NCBI GenBank assembly: GCA_944389495.1 | Contig: CALXMN010000001.1 | Span: forward strand, 78,012 to 142,011 | DNA: 64,000 nt | Direction: 5' to 3' | Origin: an uncultured Alphaproteobacteria bacterium | GTDB lineage: Bacteria > Pseudomonadota > Alphaproteobacteria > Rs-D84 | In this document: positions 57,408 through 64,000 of the stretch, in pieces | Numbering within the stretch: position 1 is the stretch's first letter | How the letters are laid out: every line of letters begins with the position of its first letter | Notes under the pieces: model-generated | Seen by the model: only the letters and a program-made list of their open reading frames with translations | Database searches by the model: none | What the model was told of the DNA's origin: nothing | Position numbers and translations under genes: made by a program

Positions 57408-57920
57408 ATGAAAAAATATATATTGCTTTTATTATTAACGTCTTGCGGCTTTCGTCCGATGTACACCGCCCAGGACACAGATATATACGTTGCGCCAATT
57501 GCGGGCATCAATGGCATAGATTTACGAAATAGTCTGAACGCAAAGTTTGGCGGTGCCCGTGATGCAAATGCCACATATACATTAACGGTAACATTGAAAA
57601 ATCCGGTCACACGGTACAAGGCGCGTGAAACAACCGGCAACGCCACGTGGCAGGAAATTGTTCTTGGGGCGAATTATACATTAAGCGCCGATGGCAAGCA
57701 GATTGCCCGTGGTTCGGAAAGTGCATCGGAATCATATACGTTTGTGCGCTATTTGGTTGCGGCGAATGCGTCATATAATAACGCGGTTCAAAATACTATC
57801 CAGGTTTTGGCCGATAAAATCAGTGCACGTGTAATTGCGGAAACCTATCGCTATGACCAGGGGGATATTACGGACGCGACGGATGTTTCCAAGAATAACG
57901 ATGATGCGGCCCGTGAATAA
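57408..57920 (+). CDS. lptE: LPS-assembly lipoprotein LptE
   Basis: Lipobox LLLTSCGFRPMY, the typical LptE start, directly upstream of holA. Confidence 0.6.
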   Translation: MKKYILLLLLTSCGFRPMYTAQDTDIYVAPIAGINGIDLRNSLNAKFGGARDANATYTLTVTLKNPVTRYKARETTGNATWQEIVLGANYTLSADGKQIARGSESASESYTFVRYLVAANASYNNAVQNTIQVLADKISARVIAETYRYDQGDITDATDVSKNNDDAARE

Positions 57921-57935
57921 AGTAACGTCTGAATA

Positions 57936-58925
57936 ATGAAGTGGAAGGAAACGGATTTTAACGCCGGAATTGAAAAAATACGTGCGGTTTTAATTTATGG
58001 CCCCGACGCAGGTCAGGTTGACGAACTGTGCGATCGGGCCGTCCAGAAATTAGAAATAGAACGTGATAATTTATTTTCATTGGATTCCGACGAATTACGT
58101 GAAAAACAGGATGCATTATTTGCCGAAGCGTGCAGCCCGTCTATGTTTGGCGGTCGCAAGATGGTAATAATATCCAACGCCGGGGACAGTGATGCATCAT
58201 TAATCACAGATTTGGTAACGCACTCTGGGTTGTGCGCATCGGTTGTGATTACGGCGGGTGACTTGCGCGCCGGTGGTGGCCTGCGCAGTTTTTTTGAATC
58301 CGGTGATAATGTTGCGGCATTGGCGTGTTATACGGATGATGCGCGTGCGCTGGCGACATTGATACGTCGTGAACTGTCTGCGGATGCGGGCATAGAACAA
58401 ATTACCCCCGATGCGATGGCGTATATGACATCTCACCTTGGGGGCGATCGTGGTATAACGCGCGGTTTTTTGGCCAAGATAGCGTTATATGTAAATGATA
58501 AAAAAATTGTTGAATTGGACGATGTTGAACGCTGTTTACCGGATACAGGTGCGGCGAATACGGATGACTATTTGTATTCGTTAACGGCGGGCCACATCCC
58601 CCAGACAATGACCGCATTGGATAGATTGTTGTACGATAACGTTGATGCAAATATGTTGGTCCGTATGCTGAATATACATTTCAAGCGTCTGTTAACGGCC
58701 GTCGTTGATGGCCAGTTACCCCGCCTGTTTTGGAAGGTTGCAGAAAAATTCAACCAGGCTGTAAAAATTTGGCCCCAAGAAGAAATTGTTGCCGTCTTAC
58801 AGCGTTTAAACGAACTGGAACAACAGATGCGCACAACCGGTATGCCGGCGGAAATATTGTTACGTGATTTTTCATTAAAACTGGCGATGCGCGCGACAAA
58901 ATTGGCCATAAAACGAAGGAAGTAA
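57936..58925 (+). CDS. holA: DNA polymerase III delta subunit
   Basis: About 330 aa with N-terminal ...AVLIYGPDAGQVDEL, the delta-subunit pattern, in the conserved lptE-holA position. Confidence 0.65.
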   Translation: MKWKETDFNAGIEKIRAVLIYGPDAGQVDELCDRAVQKLEIERDNLFSLDSDELREKQDALFAEACSPSMFGGRKMVIISNAGDSDASLITDLVTHSGLCASVVITAGDLRAGGGLRSFFESGDNVAALACYTDDARALATLIRRELSADAGIEQITPDAMAYMTSHLGGDRGITRGFLAKIALYVNDKKIVELDDVERCLPDTGAANTDDYLYSLTAGHIPQTMTALDRLLYDNVDANMLVRMLNIHFKRLLTAVVDGQLPRLFWKVAEKFNQAVKIWPQEEIVAVLQRLNELEQQMRTTGMPAEILLRDFSLKLAMRATKLAIKRRK

Positions 58926-58929
58926 TAAA

Positions 58930-59691
58930 ATGTTATCATCTGTCTATGCACCTAAGGATTTCAAACGTTTACGTGTTGTTGGCGACTTGGTCGCGCGGTG
59001 TTTTGATTATATAACGCCACATATTCGTGCGGGCATTTCAACCGGTGAAATTGACAGAATGGTTGCAGAATTTTTGCGTGCAAATGGTGCGCGGTCATCT
59101 GATCTTGGGTACCAGGGCTATCCCAAAAGTATATGCACATCGGTTAATGACGTTATTGTTCACGGCATCCCCAGTGATGATGTTATATTAAAGGATGGCG
59201 ATATTGTAAATGTTGATTTAACTGCCGAGTACAAGGGTTTTCACGGTGACGCATCACGTATGTTTATGATTGGTAATGTTTCACCACGTGCGCGTGAATT
59301 GGTTCAAACGTGCCAAGATGCATTGAATGCGGCGATTTCTGTTTGTGGCCCGGGGGTGCCGCTGTCTGAAATTGGCAAAACCATAGAGGCCGTTGTCACC
59401 CCGCACGGTTTTTCGATTTCGCGTGACTTTGTTGGTCACGGCATAGGCAAGGTTATGCACGATGACCCCCAGATTTTTCATTTTTATGACAAGATGTGGG
59501 ATCGTGTAAAAATGGTTCCTGGTTTGGTATTTACCATAGAACCAATGATAAATACTGGGCGTCCTGAATGCAAAATTGATGCCGATGGTTGGACCGCGCG
59601 TACGGTTGATGGCGGATTATCGGCCCAGTGGGAACATACCCTTGGTATTACCGAGGATGGTGTCATAATCTTTACGGAAAAAATGGTATAA
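58930..59691 (+). CDS. map: Type I methionine aminopeptidase
   Basis: Metal-ligand pattern (ICTSVNDVIVHGIP, GDIVNVDLT, FHGDASRMF, FVGHGIG, IEPMIN). Confidence 0.85.
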   Translation: MLSSVYAPKDFKRLRVVGDLVARCFDYITPHIRAGISTGEIDRMVAEFLRANGARSSDLGYQGYPKSICTSVNDVIVHGIPSDDVILKDGDIVNVDLTAEYKGFHGDASRMFMIGNVSPRARELVQTCQDALNAAISVCGPGVPLSEIGKTIEAVVTPHGFSISRDFVGHGIGKVMHDDPQIFHFYDKMWDRVKMVPGLVFTIEPMINTGRPECKIDADGWTARTVDGGLSAQWEHTLGITEDGVIIFTEKMV

Positions 59692-59697
59692 CATCAC

Positions 59698-60411
59698 GTG
59701 AAACCAGACGACAAAGATTTAAATTTTCACAGCGGACATCGCGAACGTTTGCGCCAGAAGTTTCTTGATGATAAATTGGCGGACTATGAGTTATTGGAAT
59801 TGTTATTAAGTTATGTGATTCCACGTCGTGATGTTCGGCCGTTGGCGCGTGAATTAATGGGAAGATTTGGTGGTGTATATCCGGTTATAACCGCACCATT
59901 GGAAAAGTTAATGGAAATTCGTGGTCTGGGGCGTAATACGGCCATATTTATCAAGGCAATTCATAAAATTATGATTGCGGGATATAAATGCAATCTGGAC
60001 AAAGAAACAATATTTCACAATAACAAAATTTTGACGAATTATTGCCTGTTGATGATGGCGGGCAAGTCCAAGGAAGAAATGCATATACTTTACGTTGATG
60101 GCAATATGCGTTTGTTGGCGGACGATTTGCACAGTTTGGGTACGGTTGATTGGGCGGCCGTGTATCCGCGCGAAATATTAAAGCGCGCATTGGATTTAAA
60201 TGCGCGTTTTATAATAATGGTACATAATCATCCGACGCCAAATACTATGTTTTCGACCCAAGACATAGATTTAACCGACCGTGTCCAGGATTTGTTGGCA
60301 ACGGTCGGCATAGAGGTTATTGATCATTATGTTGTATCGGGTGGTGTTGTTTATTCTGCACGTAATATGTTTTTAATTAAACAGATCCCGCACGTCGCAA
60401 ATAACTTTTAA
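59698..60411 (+). CDS. radC: RadC-family JAB/MPN-domain protein
   Basis: N-terminal HhH-like ELLELLLSY. JAMM-like region ...FIIMVHNHPTPN... Confidence 0.7.
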   Translation: MKPDDKDLNFHSGHRERLRQKFLDDKLADYELLELLLSYVIPRRDVRPLARELMGRFGGVYPVITAPLEKLMEIRGLGRNTAIFIKAIHKIMIAGYKCNLDKETIFHNNKILTNYCLLMMAGKSKEEMHILYVDGNMRLLADDLHSLGTVDWAAVYPREILKRALDLNARFIIMVHNHPTPNTMFSTQDIDLTDRVQDLLATVGIEVIDHYVVSGGVVYSARNMFLIKQIPHVANNF

Positions 60412-61023
60412 ATCCCGCGGTGTTCCGGAGCGCAGTTGGCCGTTGTCGAAACTGTATTCGACACGTTGTGCCATCGTCGGTGTGTCCCACGATGTATCCC
60501 AGTTGCGCGAAATTTTTATAACGCGAAATTCCGGACGAAAAATAAATTGCAATTTTTTCAGTGCACATTCTGCACCTTCGGTTGTACGAAATCCATCTGG
60601 GGTTATATCAACGTATTCACCGTTTTTATTCAGTTCAATTTTATATTTATAGTAAAAGTGCGGTGTTCCATTTTCATTGCGTGTACGTGTAATTCTGTCA
60701 CGTTGGCCGTCGCCATCAATATCGCGGTCGAAAATATCGCGTTCAGAAATGCCTGCGCCAAATTCATCCAATGAATATTGCTCGGAAAAATCCGGATTGG
60801 TTAATCCATCAGAAAACTCGCCAGATTTTGATACAGAACCATTCTGGGCATTGTCCATCGATTGTGATATGTCGGGCGATTGTATGCCGCCCGTGCGTCC
60901 AATTTTGGGTACGGGACCACCCGCCAAAATATAAATCAGCACGGCGATTATTATGAACATAATAACCAGTAATACGTTAAATAACATATTTCCAGATTGT
61001 TGGTTTTGATTTATCTTATTCAT
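60373..61023 (-). CDS. Membrane-anchored hypothetical protein with a DxDxDG calcium-binding-like motif
   Basis: N-terminal TM helix and DRDIDGDGQRD. Last gene of a three-gene minus-strand operon. Its 3' end overlaps radC by 39 nt (convergent). Confidence 0.4.
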   Translation of the reverse strand: MNKINQNQQSGNMLFNVLLVIMFIIIAVLIYILAGGPVPKIGRTGGIQSPDISQSMDNAQNGSVSKSGEFSDGLTNPDFSEQYSLDEFGAGISERDIFDRDIDGDGQRDRITRTRNENGTPHFYYKYKIELNKNGEYVDITPDGFRTTEGAECALKKLQFIFRPEFRVIKISRNWDTSWDTPTMAQRVEYSFDNGQLRSGTPRDLKVICDVRDLFN

Positions 61024-61035
61024 TGTTCACCTGTC

Positions 61036-62103
61036 TTATTCGTTTACGACCCGTCCGACGCGCCAACCTTCGATTACGCGAATGGCATTTGCCATCCGGG
61101 CCAATTCCTCATCGCTTAAATCCCCCACTGTTCGATTAATGGACAGTCCGGTTAATTCCTGGATACGTCTGTGATATGCAGATGTGTTATTTTCAACCGG
61201 TGGTGCATAGCGGCTTATTGCGCCCGCGACGGTCAATCGGTTATAACTGTCACTGCGTAACAGTGCACTGATTGCGCGCATACCGGTTTCTTCGTCGGGG
61301 AAGACGGCAAATCCGCCGGCCTGGCCGATGGCGCCATTGCGGCGCGAAAATTCAGAATATCGTATATTCCCGGGGTTATTGTTGCGCCACGCGCGCGTGC
61401 CCCCGGTGTGACGATATTGCGTGCCATCTGCATTCGTATAAAGCACATCATTTGAACGTGCGCTTGCCTTGGTGGGGCGTTGTGTTGCCTGGGCGGGACG
61501 CCCGGGACGCCCGGGGCGTACGGACAAAACGGAACGGTTGTCGTTATTCATATTGTCGGGGCTTGTTGATGTGGTTGGCTGAAATGCGTTATTATTTCCT
61601 GTTACAGAAACGGTTTGCAAATCTGGTGGAACATCGGTTGCCGCCAAAGGCGCATCTGAATATGGTATCGCCCCAGAATCGTATATATCCAGATTTTCAT
61701 ACAATCGAAATTCTTCATATTTGGATAATTCCAGATTACGTGCATCCAAAATTTCATTCAGTTCTGTAATTGAAACCTTGATTGTTCTGCATCCGCGTGC
61801 AAACAAATCATCGCCCCAAATCATATTAACAATTGGCACCACGGCCCCCAGTGTGCCAAGTATTATAATCAGGTTACGCATATTTATAAAAATATCGTTT
61901 TTTGCCCCGCGAATTAATGATATTGCCCATCCGAACAAAAGCAGTCCAGTTATACATATAATCACAACCCAGGCGTATTCGATAAATGTTTCAAAACTGC
62001 GCAGGATACAGGACGGATCTTCCAGGTATAAAAACACACCATCGGTCCCCAGAATATGGAAACCGGAATTTTGCAATAATCTAGCGATTGCATCTGTGTT
62101 CAT
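61036..62103 (-). CDS. Hypothetical membrane protein with a conserved C-terminal domain (NNNPGNIR...GFAVFPDEETGMRA...AIRVIEGWRVGR)
   Basis: Two TM helices after a 40-aa N-terminus. A PGRPGRP linker follows. The C-terminal roughly 120-aa domain recurs at the window end. Confidence 0.45.
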   Translation of the reverse strand: MNTDAIARLLQNSGFHILGTDGVFLYLEDPSCILRSFETFIEYAWVVIICITGLLLFGWAISLIRGAKNDIFINMRNLIIILGTLGAVVPIVNMIWGDDLFARGCRTIKVSITELNEILDARNLELSKYEEFRLYENLDIYDSGAIPYSDAPLAATDVPPDLQTVSVTGNNNAFQPTTSTSPDNMNNDNRSVLSVRPGRPGRPAQATQRPTKASARSNDVLYTNADGTQYRHTGGTRAWRNNNPGNIRYSEFSRRNGAIGQAGGFAVFPDEETGMRAISALLRSDSYNRLTVAGAISRYAPPVENNTSAYHRRIQELTGLSINRTVGDLSDEELARMANAIRVIEGWRVGRVVNE

Positions 62104-62122
62104 TGGGGTTCATATTATCTGC

Positions 62123-63256
62123 CTATTTTTTAGACGCGGCGTTTGTAAAGAATCCCGGAATGGAAAAATCGTCATCATTTGCGGCGATGCCGGCCCATCC
62201 GAACAGGTCGCCCATTAATCCGGAATCATCACGCTTTGCTTTTTTAAATGGCAAAATGTTTTTCAGTTTTCCGATTTTGCTGTGTGGTTCGTTTTTACTG
62301 GGGGTGGGAATTTTATCTTGGTTTTCGGCAAATTCCGCGGCCAGTTGTTCCAACGTGGCATCTGTGTCGTCCATATCAATATTGACCGTATCGTCCATTG
62401 AAGAATTATCATTTGTTTCATTGACGACATCGACATCAGATGTGTTGGTTGTATCTTCGATTACATCTTCGCGCAAAGGTGTCATACTTTCTAACAATTG
62501 TTCCAACGTTTTTTCAACGGGCGCATCGGGCGCATCATCAGTAATCATATTTGCAATTGTATCGTGTGCATTTTGTTTTTCATCATCGATTGATATATCT
62601 GTTTCTGCGCGTATATCAATATCGTCAATAATCGAAACATCATCAACCACAGATGTATCTGTATTATTGGCCGGGGCTTCGTCAATTGCGGTGTCCGATT
62701 CCGTTGTATTTTCATCCGCATCAATATCGCCGGCGGGTGTCTCTTCCTGTTTTACGGCCAAGACAGATAAAATAGGAATAATTTTTTCGGTATTATCTGT
62801 TGCCTGGGGCTCGGGTATGTTTGTAGATGTTTTTTCATCTGTTTCTTTGGCTGCAACAGTTGCAACGTTTGTGGCGGCCGTACGTGTGCGTGTTTTGCGC
62901 GTTTTGGTTGTTTTTTTATCCACAGGCGTATCGTTAATTATATCTGTATTCGGGGTAACATCTGTTGCTTGTTCGTGAATATCAATAACGGGAATAATGT
63001 TTTCGGTATTTTCATCTGTGGGTGTATTATCTTGGGGCCGACAGATGTCCGATTGATTTTCTGTATTTGTTGTATCTGAAACGGTATCAAGATTCTGTAC
63101 CGTGTTTTCAAATGCGTCATCATTATCAACCGGTACCCCGAACATAATCGTATCGCGTCCCAGACCCAAAGTCCCGCGAACCTCTTCAAAAGCGGCACGA
63201 ATATCGGCCATATTAAAAACTTCATTACCCGAAATATAAATGATTTTAGTTTTCAT
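62123..63256 (-). CDS. Hypothetical acidic protein: a structured roughly 45-aa N-terminus, then a long Asp/Thr/Glu/Asn-rich disordered region
   Basis: MKTKIIYISGNEVFNMADIRAAFEEVRGTLG... is followed by about 280 aa of low-complexity acidic sequence. Confidence 0.45.
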   Translation of the reverse strand: MKTKIIYISGNEVFNMADIRAAFEEVRGTLGLGRDTIMFGVPVDNDDAFENTVQNLDTVSDTTNTENQSDICRPQDNTPTDENTENIIPVIDIHEQATDVTPNTDIINDTPVDKKTTKTRKTRTRTAATNVATVAAKETDEKTSTNIPEPQATDNTEKIIPILSVLAVKQEETPAGDIDADENTTESDTAIDEAPANNTDTSVVDDVSIIDDIDIRAETDISIDDEKQNAHDTIANMITDDAPDAPVEKTLEQLLESMTPLREDVIEDTTNTSDVDVVNETNDNSSMDDTVNIDMDDTDATLEQLAAEFAENQDKIPTPSKNEPHSKIGKLKNILPFKKAKRDDSGLMGDLFGWAGIAANDDDFSIPGFFTNAASKK

Positions 63257-63338
63257 TTAAGCACTTCCCCCACTTGATGGGGATATTATATCACATTTTG
63301 CTGTTGAACGCATCCAAAAAATATCTTACACTGAAAAT

Positions 63339-63548
63339 ATGTCCGATATAAAACAACAGATTTTTCAAGAATTGTCCGCGGTCGAAGATGCGGCGGCAAA
63401 ATTGCATTCGGTTGCGGAAAATGCGGGACGTCAAACGGATCTTGAGGTTGCAATTTTAACTGAACAGGTTCGTGTCCTGCGTGACAAAAATGCCCGTGCC
63501 ACAGATATAATTGATAAGACAATATCTATACTAAAGAATTTAAAATGA
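63339..63548 (+). CDS. Small coiled-coil protein; candidate ZauP-like ZapA partner
   Basis: 69 aa, helical. Stop/start overlap (ATGA) with the downstream zapA-like gene. Confidence 0.35.
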   Translation: MSDIKQQIFQELSAVEDAAAKLHSVAENAGRQTDLEVAILTEQVRVLRDKNARATDIIDKTISILKNLK

Positions 63549-63820
63549 GTGTTGTATCCATACCGATTGTAAACAAGAATTATCCGATGGGATGCGAAGA
63601 CGGCCAAGAATCCCGTCTGATAGAATTGGGAAAAATGGTTGATGCGCGTGCGCGCGAGATATTGGATAAAATTGGTCCATTGCCGGAAAATGCGTTATTG
63701 GCGACACTGTGCATCGTTCTCGCAGACGAGGTGCATAACCGCCCCGCGCCAACCGTTACGGACACAGACCTGCGCGAGATATTGGCACGTATTCGTGAAA
63801 TCAAGAACAAGTTGAATTAA
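63545..63820 (+). CDS. zapA: Cell division protein ZapA
   Basis: VSIPIVNKNYPMGCEDGQESRLIELGKMVDARAREI...LLATLCIVLADE fits the ZapA pattern (VxIxIxGRxYxxxC...Q..L..AA...L...LAALNIA). Confidence 0.55.
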   Translation: MSVVSIPIVNKNYPMGCEDGQESRLIELGKMVDARAREILDKIGPLPENALLATLCIVLADEVHNRPAPTVTDTDLREILARIREIKNKLN

Positions 63821-63822
63821 AC

Positions 63823-63849
63823 AAAAACGCGCATAATTGCGCGCTTTTT
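63823..63849. terminator. Bidirectional terminator AAAAACGCGC-ATAATT-GCGCGTTTTT
   Basis: Lies between zapA and the convergent partial gene. Confidence 0.6.
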
Positions 63850-64000
63850 ACAGTGTTTTTTGTACAGATTTTGATGTCAAATTTGCCCGTACATTGGCAT
63901 ACAGATTTACAGAATCTGATATTTCAGATTTTGGTGCCGCAATATGCGTTTCGCGCCCAGTGCGCCAACCTTCGACAACACGAATGGCGTTTACTACGCG
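63848..64000 (-). CDS. 3' end of a paralog carrying the same C-terminal domain as 61036-62103 (partial; continues beyond the window)
   Basis: The minus-strand translation ...VVNAIRVVEGWRTGRETHIAAPKSEI... parallels ...ANAIRVIEGWRVGRVVNE. The nucleotide stretch GCGCCAACCTTCGA(C/T)(A/T)ACgCGAATGGC(G/A)TTT is shared with 61062-61100. Confidence 0.4.
   Translation of the reverse strand, partial: RVVNAIRVVEGWRTGRETHIAAPKSEISDSVNLYANVRANLTSKSVQKTL

Noticed and set aside
1-64000. CRISPR arrays, integrases, transposases, IS elements or toxin-antitoxin pairs.
   Set aside because: No regularly spaced direct repeats were seen. No tyrosine/serine recombinase or DDE transposase motifs appear in any ORF. 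The lone XRE HTH gene (15230-15484) has no adjacent toxin-like partner.

Overview
This 64 kb window reads as a chromosomal segment from a moderately AT-rich, host-associated bacterium with alphaproteobacterial hallmarks. Those hallmarks are fabH-ihfA adjacency, the olsB-olsA ornithine-lipid operon, a coiled-coil gene upstream of zapA, and an lptE-holA-map-radC operon. This placement is inferred from gene content and order only; no search was run. GC looks roughly 40-45% by eye and was not computed, with a strong CGT/TTG/GCG codon preference.

Housekeeping genes present: rpoB (5' partial), rpoC, rpmF, plsX, fabH, ihfA, an alpha2-type glyQS, proS, lgt, map, holA, lptE, sodB, ogt, tag, ldh and three tRNAs (Thr-TGT, Arg-CCT, Ser-TGA).

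Accessory content: a PMP-repeat autotransporter, at least five signal-peptide beta-barrel proteins ending in C-terminal Phe, an orphan mraZ with a near-consensus promoter overlapping TGG-containing direct repeats, and a MerT-like gene beside tRNA-Arg. There is also a degenerate phage-derived patch (GH108 lysozyme plus HNH endonuclease) flanking tRNA-Ser, and an anaerobic nrdD-nrdG module.

Most notable observations. (1) nrdD is split: the C-terminal glycyl-radical motif (RSMGF...NIGKYSEFCER) lies in a separate roughly 62-aa ORF with a strong Shine-Dalgarno site, out of frame with nrdD. (2) A tight minus-strand three-gene operon of unknowns (60373-63256) sits next to zauP-zapA; one member carries a C-terminal domain (NNNPGNIR...AIRVIEGWRVGR) that recurs in a partial paralog at the window end. 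(3) Tandem NrdR-box-like sites lie upstream of nrdD, and a perfect TGTGA-N6-TCACA CRP-family palindrome lies upstream of an acyl-CoA ligase gene.

No CRISPR array, integrase or transposase was seen. Noncoding coordinates were worked out by hand and may be off by 1-2 nt.
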